64,000 bases of DNA, taken from assembly GCF_011045215.1 (NCBI RefSeq), contig NZ_CP049202.1; one strand, written 5' to 3'. The DNA is from Escherichia coli (lineage in GTDB: Bacteria > Pseudomonadota > Gammaproteobacteria > Enterobacterales > Enterobacteriaceae). The notes under the pieces are model-generated. The model searched no databases and was not told where the DNA came from. It worked only from the letters and a program-made list of their open reading frames with translations. Shown here piece after piece: positions 41,391 to 51,059 of this stretch. Position 1 is the stretch's first letter; each line of letters starts with the position of its first letter. The position numbers were made by a program, and so were the translations under genes.

Positions 41391-44300
41391 TCAGTCTCCG
41401 CCCAGGGTTTTCTCTTTCTGCAGGTCACGAACCATATCCCGCTCCATCTGCTGCAGTCGCTCCTGCAGCAGATTTTCCCGGGCAACCTCCCGGACCGCTT
41501 CCCGCACCCGTTGTGGTTCACGCAGTACACTCTCCGGCAGCGCGGCTTCCCGTTCAGTTATGGCAGCCCGGTCACGCTCCTGCCCGGCAATCTCCCTGAC
41601 AGCCTGCTCTGTTTTGCCATCCGGCAGGTCAGGTTTGTTCTCTGCCATTTTACGGACAATTTCATCTGCGCGACGTTCCGTTTCACGGCGGATGGCCTCT
41701 TCAGCCTGCCGCTGTGCCAGTACCTCTGCCGTGACCGGTTCGCCATTTCCGGCCCCCGGCTGGACGCTGTTGTCCGGAATATCTCCCCACACGCGACCAC
41801 CGGTGATGGCACCGGGATTCCACGGGCGACCTTCACCGGCAATTCTCACCACCACACCGCTGTCAGGATTATCACGAGCAATCCGGACGCCATCCTGCAT
41901 GTTATCAGCCAGCAGACTCTCTCCGTTACGGCTGCCCTGCAGGGCCACGAACTGCGCATCTCCGCTGCCTTTCACCCGGCCTTCACCGCTGAATCCCCGC
42001 AGCCCGTTTCCGTCATCCGTAGTCAGTGGGTTCAGCCAGATACCGGCGGACTTGCCGTTACGGTCAAAAGCCGGCAGTGCCACATACGGCTGCGGATATT
42101 TGCGCCCCGGTGCAATAAACCGTGCAGGACTGTCTCCCCCGGCAAGTCCCGCCTGACGGAGAACGGCACGCCCTGCCGCCACGTCCCGCAGTTCCCGTGC
42201 CGTACTGAACAGTCGCTCTGCATTCATGACCTCCCGGTCAGCTTTCGGCTCCAGCACATCGTGGGCAGTCCCTTTCTGTACGGCATTGTTGATGGCATCC
42301 GTCCAGCCCTGACGGTCATCAGTGTACACCTGCACATGCTGCTTCATACGCGACAGGGCAACGTAGGCTGACTCAAAGCCGGCCATCTGTTTCCGGCCAC
42401 CTTCCGTGCCTTCAAGCGCGATGGCAAAGGTTTCACTCGCCCCCTGTGCACCGTGGGCAGTGATGGCATAGGCCAGGTCAATATGTTGTTCTGCCTGCTC
42501 CTGACCGGGGCGAATCACCCGGGTCTGCAGTCCGTCAGAAAGCGTGACACTGTCACCGGAAACCGCCGTCACCGTCCAGACGCTGTTGGCCACATAGCCG
42601 CGCTCCCGGTCACTCTTCGTGAAGCGCATCCGGTCACCGGTCCCCACCCGGATGGTGTCCGGGGTGTACAGTGTGACACCTTCAGCCACCGCCTCCCGGG
42701 GCGAAATCAGCCGCGTGTTACCTTCCGCATCCTGCAGGGTTATCAGCCCGTCACCCTTACTGATACCGGCAATCCGGTGATACACATTATCCACCAGGAC
42801 AAGTGCGTCCCGATGTGTCTCCCAGGTGGAGAGACGACGCAACTCCCCGTCGCGTATATTCGCTGTGTTCAGGACAGGCACCATGACCTGCTCTTTTCCC
42901 AGCTCACCGGCCTTTTCCCGTGCATCATGAATCATGCTGTTCAGTACGCGCCGGTCCTCATTCAGATGCGTGACAATCAGCGTCTGCTCCCGTGCTTCCG
43001 GCGTCCTGCCGGTATAATCGCGGACAATGGCTTCATACAGTGTCATGGGAATATCCGGAAAAGCCTCACCTTTCAGCATCGCCTTCTGCTGCGCTTCTGC
43101 CAGTTTCGCTTCCTGGCTGTGACTGAACTCCGTCACGGAGTGCTCCGGTACCCATGCGCCCTCCTGACGTGGCACCTGAGACGGTTTCACACTCTCAAGC
43201 CCGGACAGTGCCCTTTCCACATCCCGGTTAATCAGGCTGTATACCGCCTCCCGCAGCTCCGGCGTCTGACGCACAATCTCCTTCATGATGGCCACATCGG
43301 CAGCACTGCGCGTCTGCTGGAGACGGAAAGGCTGACCGGGCGCGATGGCCTGCAGCTGGTCCGTGTCACCACTGGCCACGGCACGACCACCACCGGCCGC
43401 AATCAGGGCGTATGCCCGTGCCATGTCGGTATTGCCCACCATTGAGCTCTCATCGAGCAGGAACAGCGTGTTGCTGAAATCCGGCGTTTCTCCGCTGCGC
43501 TGCTGCAGCTGCGTGTCATGCAGAAAGGACGCCAGTGTCTGTGCATCCACGCCAGCGCTGCGCATCTCCCCGACCGCACGGTGCGTGGGCCCCAGCCCCA
43601 CGACACGGGGACGCTCACTCTCCGGCAGCATGTTCACGGCTGACATCACCGCCCGGAACTGTGTGGTCTTACCCACACCGGCATAACCCTGCACCACCGT
43701 GAAGCGGTCAGAGGTTTCCAGTATCATGCGGGTGGCGGCACGTTGCCCCGACGTCAGTTTCTCCATAAGTTCGCCAGGTACTCTCTCCATCAGCGGCGTG
43801 ACAGCCTCCTTACCTTCGAGAATATGGCGAATAATGCTTTTTTCAGCCTCATATGACGCACGGGAAACCAGCAGGTCTGTGCCATAACCTTTTGCCACAT
43901 CCACATGCAGTAAATCACCGCGTTTTATCTGTGCATCGATTTCCCGCCCCAGGTCAGCAAAACTGGTTCCTTCTGCAGCAAACGACTTTGCCTCTGTCAG
44001 CAGGTCCACATGGCTGAAGGCCAGGTTTTTACTTTCCACCACCGGAAGGGCCAGATGAATGGCCTGCTGTGCCGGCGTGTGAAGTGCGGACTTCTGATGA
44101 CTGATAGCGGTTTCCAGCGATGTCTCACCGGCCCGCGCCTTTATCTGCTCAGAAACCACCGTAAAGGAGGGATGGCGGGCAAGTTTTTCCGCAGTACGGG
44201 TTTCATCCAGTGAGGAATACAGCCGGACATCACGACCGCTGCGGGCCAGACCGTTCAGGGTGGCGTTGTCCATTGCCATCTGTGTGACGGAGGCAAAAAC

Positions 44301-46661
44301 CTTCGCACTGTCGCTGACGGAATGCCCGGGCGTTTCCACCCAGCCGTTCTCCAGCTTCAGTGCCGTGAACGGTGAATCAGCCACAGGCAGGGTGGCCGGT
44401 TCAGCCCGCCCCGGCACAACAACCGTCATCGCATCTTCACTGACGGATGCCACCTGCAGGCGGTCACCGCCGGAGACGCGGAGTCCGGGGATTTGTCCCG
44501 TCACCCTCAGACGCTCGCCGTCTGCCACCGGCATTTTTTCCGGCCGGAACAGCGACCAGCTGCTGTCCAGAGAAGAAATACGCACCACCTGCGTTTCACC
44601 CTGCGCATCCCGCAGGGTCAGGCTGTGACTCTGCGCCGTCACCCGGTCTATCACATAGCGGTCATGACTGCGTGTCTCCGGGTTCCACTGCTCCATCACC
44701 ATCCCCGGGCGGTACATATCCCGCAGATAACGGCTCCGGCTGTCCAGCCAGACCGGTGACAGGGCGGTCATGGTTACTTCCGGGTGTCCGAGCACGCCCT
44801 GTGTTTTCAGCTCACTGCGAATGGCCTGTGTCAGTATGGCCTGTTCCCGTACCCCGCTGACCTGTGCCACGCTCTCTTCTCCGGCTTTCACGCTGGCCGC
44901 AAAATCTCCTGCCAGCCGGGCATAGCGGACATTACGGTCCGGTTCACTGATGATGGTGGCCGGTCGCTGTTCTCCCCCCAGCCAGCGATATGTGTTCACC
45001 CCGGCATCCTTCATGGCCATCAGCGCACTGCCTGTACCGGTTCGCTGCCCGCTGTCGGTTATCAGGACCTGTACGTTATGACGTGCGGCACCGTCCAGCA
45101 GGGTTAACGTCTCTTTCAGGGAGAGTTTTTCGCCCTGGTCAACGATAACAGTACTGCCCGGCGTGAAGGCCATGCCTTCCAGCAACTGACGACGTCCGGT
45201 TATCAGCTCACCGGACAGCCGTTCATCCTGCTTCAGGTTCATCTGCGAGCGACGGTCAGCAGCGATAATCTGCACTTCCCGCCCCTGCTCCCGGGCCATC
45301 ATGACCAGTTCAGCCACCCGCTCACGCTGCCCGGCTGCACCGCCCTGCCCGGACACAATGGCCAGCGACGGACGGTCCTGTGCCAGAACACTGACCGCAT
45401 CGCTGTAACCAGCCGTCCGGGGGACACTTTTCTCCGGATGTACGGTCACCCGGTTCTGTTTCATGATGTCACGACTGAGTGCCCGGACGGACAGCTCATC
45501 GAGCACATGAATTCCTGATGTGAACAGCCCCTTCTCACGGTCGAGGGGGATGAGTTGCTCACGACTGATGGCCTCATCGATACCGGCGCGTGCCCGTTCA
45601 ATCACACCATTTTCCGGCGGCAGTATACCGACCGTTCTGGCCAGCACGTCCGTATACGTGAACTGCACTTTTCGTTCACTTAATCCGGCAATGGCCTGTG
45701 TCACCGCCTGCTGCACATCCGGCCCCTCCAGTGAAACAGCCCCGGGCGCCTGCGTGCGGGTCTCTGCCCGTTGCTCCGCCGCGTCACGATACGCCCGGAT
45801 ATCGAACCCGGTTTCCTTCAGTGTCTGCATCCACTCGGTCATTTTGATTTCAGGATCGACGTGCTGTTTGGATTTTCGCGTATCCAGTGCTGCCACATCC
45901 CGGGATTTCAGCGAGGCGTCTTCCCCGACGGCCTCCCTGATAGCCTGCGAACGACTGGAAAAGGCCTCCACCGGTACGCCCGGCATCTCCCACATCCCGT
46001 GCTTACCGACCACTTCGGTTTCATAGCCCAGCGCCTCAACCTGCTCTTTCAGCTTTTCCCGGTAGAGTCTGCCAAAGGCAATCTGATTAGCGTACACATT
46101 CTCAATGAACCCTGTTTTTCCCACTTTGTCACTGCTCAGTGTCTTCCACTCGCCGTTATGCTGTGTAACATTGGCCACCACCGCATGCGTGTGTAACTGT
46201 GGTTCCTGATCGCGACTGGTGTCGTGATTAAAAAGCGCCATCACCAGATTACCGGTCAGCACCGTTTCTGACTGTCCGTCCGTCATAACCCGTGTGGAGG
46301 CCAGCGCCTCCACCTGACGGACAGCAAAATCCACGGCCTGGTTATGTGCATCAATAAGACGTTTATCACCGCCTAACATGGCCATCACGGAGACACTTTT
46401 GGGGGCGGAGAAGGTCAGGTCGTAGCCGGGACGATGCTTATTACTGCCATCCTGCATGCGGCTTAAATCCGCTCCGTCCGGCAGCCTGCCCTCCAGAAGA
46501 CGGGTAAAAACATCCTTATCGACACTGCCCTGCAGCCCCAGCTGTTCAGCCCCCCTGCCGGCCCAGCGTTCTCCCATGCTGCCCAGCACATAGTAATTAT
46601 CCTTGTCGGTATAATAGTTACCGGCACTTCCGGCCGATCTGACCTGCGCGATACTCATCAT
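41391..46661 (-). CDS. traI: TraI relaxase-helicase
   Basis: 1756 aa; N-terminal relaxase domain, two helicase Walker A motifs (GYAGVGKT), F-type length. Confidence 0.95.
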   Translation of the reverse strand: MMSIAQVRSAGSAGNYYTDKDNYYVLGSMGERWAGRGAEQLGLQGSVDKDVFTRLLEGRLPDGADLSRMQDGSNKHRPGYDLTFSAPKSVSVMAMLGGDKRLIDAHNQAVDFAVRQVEALASTRVMTDGQSETVLTGNLVMALFNHDTSRDQEPQLHTHAVVANVTQHNGEWKTLSSDKVGKTGFIENVYANQIAFGRLYREKLKEQVEALGYETEVVGKHGMWEMPGVPVEAFSSRSQAIREAVGEDASLKSRDVAALDTRKSKQHVDPEIKMTEWMQTLKETGFDIRAYRDAAEQRAETRTQAPGAVSLEGPDVQQAVTQAIAGLSERKVQFTYTDVLARTVGILPPENGVIERARAGIDEAISREQLIPLDREKGLFTSGIHVLDELSVRALSRDIMKQNRVTVHPEKSVPRTAGYSDAVSVLAQDRPSLAIVSGQGGAAGQRERVAELVMMAREQGREVQIIAADRRSQMNLKQDERLSGELITGRRQLLEGMAFTPGSTVIVDQGEKLSLKETLTLLDGAARHNVQVLITDSGQRTGTGSALMAMKDAGVNTYRWLGGEQRPATIISEPDRNVRYARLAGDFAASVKAGEESVAQVSGVREQAILTQAIRSELKTQGVLGHPEVTMTALSPVWLDSRSRYLRDMYRPGMVMEQWNPETRSHDRYVIDRVTAQSHSLTLRDAQGETQVVRISSLDSSWSLFRPEKMPVADGERLRVTGQIPGLRVSGGDRLQVASVSEDAMTVVVPGRAEPATLPVADSPFTALKLENGWVETPGHSVSDSAKVFASVTQMAMDNATLNGLARSGRDVRLYSSLDETRTAEKLARHPSFTVVSEQIKARAGETSLETAISHQKSALHTPAQQAIHLALPVVESKNLAFSHVDLLTEAKSFAAEGTSFADLGREIDAQIKRGDLLHVDVAKGYGTDLLVSRASYEAEKSIIRHILEGKEAVTPLMERVPGELMEKLTSGQRAATRMILETSDRFTVVQGYAGVGKTTQFRAVMSAVNMLPESERPRVVGLGPTHRAVGEMRSAGVDAQTLASFLHDTQLQQRSGETPDFSNTLFLLDESSMVGNTDMARAYALIAAGGGRAVASGDTDQLQAIAPGQPFRLQQTRSAADVAIMKEIVRQTPELREAVYSLINRDVERALSGLESVKPSQVPRQEGAWVPEHSVTEFSHSQEAKLAEAQQKAMLKGEAFPDIPMTLYEAIVRDYTGRTPEAREQTLIVTHLNEDRRVLNSMIHDAREKAGELGKEQVMVPVLNTANIRDGELRRLSTWETHRDALVLVDNVYHRIAGISKGDGLITLQDAEGNTRLISPREAVAEGVTLYTPDTIRVGTGDRMRFTKSDRERGYVANSVWTVTAVSGDSVTLSDGLQTRVIRPGQEQAEQHIDLAYAITAHGAQGASETFAIALEGTEGGRKQMAGFESAYVALSRMKQHVQVYTDDRQGWTDAINNAVQKGTAHDVLEPKADREVMNAERLFSTARELRDVAAGRAVLRQAGLAGGDSPARFIAPGRKYPQPYVALPAFDRNGKSAGIWLNPLTTDDGNGLRGFSGEGRVKGSGDAQFVALQGSRNGESLLADNMQDGVRIARDNPDSGVVVRIAGEGRPWNPGAITGGRVWGDIPDNSVQPGAGNGEPVTAEVLAQRQAEEAIRRETERRADEIVRKMAENKPDLPDGKTEQAVREIAGQERDRAAITEREAALPESVLREPQRVREAVREVARENLLQERLQQMERDMVRDLQKEKTLGGD

Positions 46662-48814
46662 CAGAAATCATCTCCCGGCTCAACATCCTCCCCGCGCTCC
46701 CGGTGCACATTAATGTTCACCTCTTCACGACGCTGCATCTGCTGCTGGATGTCCGGATGATTTTCCTGTTGCCATGCCTCATAAGCGGCCATATCCACTA
46801 CTTCACCGGATTCACTGATCCCGGGTGGCAGTTGCTGTTCCATCTCTTCTTCCGGTTTCATTTTCAGCTCCTGCTCGATCCCCCCTGCCGGAACATTCAC
46901 ACCTGCATCTGACTTCTTATCATTGATGACAGAAGACACTGGCTGTTGTGGCTGTTCAGCCTGAACCACGTCTTCTCCGGAAACAACCTCCGGGACATCC
47001 GGTTCGAAGAGGCTGGCCATCTGGCGACCTTCTGCTTCTCTTGCGGCAAGCACGGCACTCAGGCGATTCTCCATTTCCGGATTGATTTCACGCGGAATAA
47101 ACTCCGGAGCAACCTTCGGACGTTCCTGATATTTCAGTGAGAGTTTTACTGCCGGATACGGTCCGGGCAGGGTGACATAACAGGTCAGATCCGGCAGAGA
47201 CTGAATGTCGGAATAACTGACCAGCGTCTGGCGCTCCATATCCTTACCGGTCGATACCCCGTCACGCACGGGATCAGCACCGTAGGAATACTGCTCGCTG
47301 GCTTTCAGGTGCTCTTTCTCACCAATTTCACCGGCAGCGAACTCTGCAATCTTATGGCTGGGAGAACGGAAAAAGGCACGGGTGTTCATGACGTCAAACA
47401 GCGTGGCAGCCGCTTTCTCACCGTAGATATCTTCCAGCTGGGCATAGGACTGGATACCAAATACATAGCAGCCACCAAACTTACGGGCTTCCGGCAGGAT
47501 CTCCACCAGGTCCGGCAGTTTGTGTAACGTGGGTAACTCATCACAGAAAAACCACACACGACGGCTACGGTTTTCTCCCATTGCCAGCAGACCACGAATG
47601 GCAATGGACAGCCACATGGAGATCACCGGCTTCAGGGAGGCATGGGTGTCGGCGTTCGACGAGATAAACAGCCAGCCGTTTTTCTGATCTTCCCGGACAC
47701 CACGCATCCAGTCACGGATGGTGAAGGGCTCACCGTTATGCTCAATCCCCTGCAGGTAACGGATGGCTTTCACGTAGTTGGTCAGCACAGCACGGATGGA
47801 AATCGCCGTTTTCTCGATTTTCTCTTCCACCAGGTTGGCCGCCGGTGAATTACGCAGGAAGGTACGCAGTTTTTCGATTTTGATGGAAAGCAGTGTGTCC
47901 ACCAGTTTGCTGTAACTGCGGTTGGGGTCATTACGCATCAGGTACGCCGCTTCCGCAAAAATGGTACGTCCTGAACCCTGCCAGAACGGGTCCTCTTTTG
48001 TGCCCATCGGGATCAGCGTGTTCGCGGTATTATCAAAATCCGGCTGTGTCAGGCACTCCTTCCACAAATCCCAGGCGGCACAGCGGGCATCCAGCGGATT
48101 CAGGATTTTATCGATGGAGGGATCATAGTAACTTTTAACAAATTCCCCTGAACGGTCATAAATCACCACCATATCTCCACGCTGACGGGCGTAGTTGGCC
48201 AGACGACGGATAACTTCCGACTTACCGGCCCCGACCGTGCCGTGCAGACAGAAGTTCTGGATTTCGGAATCCCGGATAATCGGCAGGTCGCCAATCCGTA
48301 TATCGGAGTCCTTGCCGTCTTTTTTCAGCATCCGGGCAACGTCTTTCGGGTTCTCCGTCAGCTGACGACCACCTGTGACTTCATTTTCGCTCTGTTGTTT
48401 ACCCTGACGCCCCAGAATCCAGGAGACAACAAAGAAGGTAATCAGGCAAATAACCAGTGCCACAACTGTGGCCAGAACGAATGCGGACCATAGCTGCTCT
48501 CCGCACCAGATCATATATTTATCATGCAGTACCTGAGCAGCATTCATCCGGAAGGTTTTGCCGTAATACTGGATCTCATATACCGGCTGGGACCTGATTA
48601 AATCCCGCATGCCTTCCAGCGTGGTACACCACCAGTAAATACAGCCGTTCACAAACGTCTGCCAGCTTATTTTTACCCATAAAACCAGACCAACGAGTAT
48701 CCAGAAAAAAATAAACAGGCAGTAAAGCATGATATTGGCGATCTGGCTGAACATGCGGATACGCATGGACGCAATCTGACCGCCCTGGGTCATATCCTTT
48801 GCGTTAAAACTCAT
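46661..48814 (-). CDS. traD: TraD type IV coupling protein
   Basis: 717 aa; N-terminal transmembrane helices, Walker A GTVGAGKS, Gln/Pro-rich C-terminal tail. Confidence 0.95.
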   Translation of the reverse strand: MSFNAKDMTQGGQIASMRIRMFSQIANIMLYCLFIFFWILVGLVLWVKISWQTFVNGCIYWWCTTLEGMRDLIRSQPVYEIQYYGKTFRMNAAQVLHDKYMIWCGEQLWSAFVLATVVALVICLITFFVVSWILGRQGKQQSENEVTGGRQLTENPKDVARMLKKDGKDSDIRIGDLPIIRDSEIQNFCLHGTVGAGKSEVIRRLANYARQRGDMVVIYDRSGEFVKSYYDPSIDKILNPLDARCAAWDLWKECLTQPDFDNTANTLIPMGTKEDPFWQGSGRTIFAEAAYLMRNDPNRSYSKLVDTLLSIKIEKLRTFLRNSPAANLVEEKIEKTAISIRAVLTNYVKAIRYLQGIEHNGEPFTIRDWMRGVREDQKNGWLFISSNADTHASLKPVISMWLSIAIRGLLAMGENRSRRVWFFCDELPTLHKLPDLVEILPEARKFGGCYVFGIQSYAQLEDIYGEKAAATLFDVMNTRAFFRSPSHKIAEFAAGEIGEKEHLKASEQYSYGADPVRDGVSTGKDMERQTLVSYSDIQSLPDLTCYVTLPGPYPAVKLSLKYQERPKVAPEFIPREINPEMENRLSAVLAAREAEGRQMASLFEPDVPEVVSGEDVVQAEQPQQPVSSVINDKKSDAGVNVPAGGIEQELKMKPEEEMEQQLPPGISESGEVVDMAAYEAWQQENHPDIQQQMQRREEVNINVHRERGEDVEPGDDF

Positions 48815-48864
48815 GATGAAACTCCGGGAAAATCTGGAACAGAGCAGAAAAGGATGATGTGGGA

Positions 48865-49602
48865 TTAATTCACAGAAACAGACCAGGTGTACCCTGTATG
48901 CCGGTGGTGATAACCGCCTGCAGTCCTGCCGGAAGAGACCTTCTTTGTAACAATGTCAGTCAGGCGCAATACTTCAGACCAGTCACTCCCATGCGGAAAC
49001 TGGATCTGAATAAAAAGGCGTACCCGTTCACGATGATCCAGAACTGTGTCCGGTTCATAAAGCAGACCACTATCAGGAGAAACACGGGACGTTTTATTGA
49101 TGAGTTCGTATTTATCGGCATGAGACAGTGATGAAAGCGCCCAGGTAATATTTTCGCCCTGATGACCATCAATACGACTGTTCCCCGGCGTCCAGGCAAT
49201 TTCCTGCGCATTCGCCACGATGATCTGTCTCGATACTTCTGCCAGCTTTTTTGAAGTACAGAATACCGGTGCCAGCACACACAGGGACAAAAAATTGCAG
49301 CTGACCGCTTCCGGTTTAACCGGACTGCTCCCGGATTTTTCAGGAAAAGATATTTTTGTCAGTATTTCAGTTAATTCCTTATGCCTGAGAGAGTTAATAA
49401 AGTGCATGACAAGCATCATGAGAAACAATATAACAATAAGCCCTCCGATAACCACTAAAAGGTCAGTATCAATATTATTGTTGTACAGATAGTCTTTAGT
49501 GGTCGCTGTATTATCCTGTATCACCGGGGGGTATTCAGTTACAGGCTTCTCAGTAAATTGATTATTCTCACCAACATATTCAGCGATATTGTCTGATGTC
49601 AT
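48865..49602 (-). CDS. hypothetical membrane-anchored protein inserted between traT and traD
   Basis: ATG 49602 with GGAG Shine-Dalgarno; 245 aa; single transmembrane helix ([21 protein letters not shown]) then a roughly 170-aa domain; no family recognised. Confidence 0.5.
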   Translation of the reverse strand: MTSDNIAEYVGENNQFTEKPVTEYPPVIQDNTATTKDYLYNNNIDTDLLVVIGGLIVILFLMMLVMHFINSLRHKELTEILTKISFPEKSGSSPVKPEAVSCNFLSLCVLAPVFCTSKKLAEVSRQIIVANAQEIAWTPGNSRIDGHQGENITWALSSLSHADKYELINKTSRVSPDSGLLYEPDTVLDHRERVRLFIQIQFPHGSDWSEVLRLTDIVTKKVSSGRTAGGYHHRHTGYTWSVSVN

Positions 49603-49804
49603 AATGACTTTCTCCGGAAGCTTCCGGCTTCGCCGGCAACACTTCACGGTCGCACAAAGAATTTGCACAACCGCTCAGTGTTTTCATATTTATTTCGGAA
49701 ACGCCGGGGAGAAATAAAATTTATTTTATTTCTTTCCGGGGTTGGACAACGAGCAAAGCGAGGCGTCAGTCAGGAGGCCGGTCAGACCAGCCTCCTGAAG
49801 ATAA

Positions 49805-50536
49805 TCAGAGAATATTTGCGATTGATTTGGCCAGCTGGTCTTCGAGAACAGGCTTCGCCTCTTCAAATTTCAGGTTAACCTTGTTCGCACTGGAGACCAC
49901 ACGGGTCTGGTATTTATGCTGGTTACCTGTTTCAGTACTGGTCTGAATTTTCGCACCTGATGTGCCCTGACGCAGGGCGGCAACATTATCCGTTGTCACC
50001 GTTGCCTTAGTACGCTCTGCAATCTGCACATCCGTGATCATGGTATAGTTCACATCTTCCACCATCGCATCTGCAGCCATACCCACCAGACCGGCAGCAA
50101 GGCCCACACCGAGTGTGGCACCGGCAGAACTGGAATTATATCCGGTGATACCGGCACCTAACGCTGCACCAACTGCTGCGCCTTCATAACCACGGTTCAG
50201 CCATCCCTGAGACTCCCGCAGATCCATCTTATCGGCCTTCAGCACATTCGCCTGAATCCAGTAGTAGGCTTTATCCGGAGAAGTCACCACCTGATATCCT
50301 TTTGCTTTCACAGCATCAGCAATTTTGCCCTGCAGCCCACTCATGTCTTTATCAGACGTGTTTTTGATCTGCAGAAATACCGTGCGTTCGCTGGCGGGTT
50401 CAAGCCAGATGGTCTCACTCATCTGAGTCTTCACCTCAAGGTTACGCTTCTTGATTGCTGTGCTCATCGCACCACACCCTGAAAGGGCCAGAGTGGAACT
50501 GACCAGTGCAACCATCATTAGTTTTTTTGTTTTCAT
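49805..50536 (-). CDS. traT: TraT surface-exclusion outer-membrane lipoprotein
   Basis: 243 aa; lipobox LALSGC; colinear with F TraT. Confidence 0.9.
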   Translation of the reverse strand: MKTKKLMMVALVSSTLALSGCGAMSTAIKKRNLEVKTQMSETIWLEPASERTVFLQIKNTSDKDMSGLQGKIADAVKAKGYQVVTSPDKAYYWIQANVLKADKMDLRESQGWLNRGYEGAAVGAALGAGITGYNSSSAGATLGVGLAAGLVGMAADAMVEDVNYTMITDVQIAERTKATVTTDNVAALRQGTSGAKIQTSTETGNQHKYQTRVVSSANKVNLKFEEAKPVLEDQLAKSIANIL

Positions 50537-50549
50537 CCAAAATATCCTT

Positions 50550-51059
50550 TTAACTAACAGATTCTTTTTTGAACAGACCTATTACTGAGACTATTGCAGA
50601 GAGATTATAACGATTTATATCTATAGTATAAATAAAGGAAAAAATTACAAACAGAGTTATCGATAAAAAACCAAATAAGAACGTATGGGCGAAGGAAACT
50701 ATTGAAAAAACAATCACAAACAACAAGATATAAGTTTTGTTCTTATCATACATAAAAGATATAACTTTCGACTCATCTCTGAATTTTTTAGGGATAGCAA
50801 GATACAACATCATTCCATTAGTAATGGCAACAAAAAGGATAAACCCCATTACGCCACTAAAACATATATCAAATCCGGCATCTCGGATATCAACTTTATC
50901 TGCCAGCAAACGGAGAAATGTCGGCCATAATAAAATCCATAAAAATACATACCCCCCTGGCTTTATGACTTGTAATAATGGCGGAATATTAACACCCTCT
51001 ACAGAGAGTACATCCTTTAGTTTCTGTGTCTCCGTTTTTATATCATAGTGAGTAATCAT
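50550..51059 (-). CDS. traS: TraS entry-exclusion inner-membrane protein
   Basis: 169 aa, very hydrophobic, AT-rich; position between traG and traT. Confidence 0.6.
   Translation of the reverse strand: MITHYDIKTETQKLKDVLSVEGVNIPPLLQVIKPGGYVFLWILLWPTFLRLLADKVDIRDAGFDICFSGVMGFILFVAITNGMMLYLAIPKKFRDESKVISFMYDKNKTYILLFVIVFSIVSFAHTFLFGFLSITLFVIFSFIYTIDINRYNLSAIVSVIGLFKKESVS

Noticed and set aside
41217-46196. Several long plus-strand ORFs (for example 41217-42371, 42453-43445)
   Set aside because: All are antisense to traI, proline/arginine-rich, and lack start context; traI on the minus strand fully explains the coding signal.
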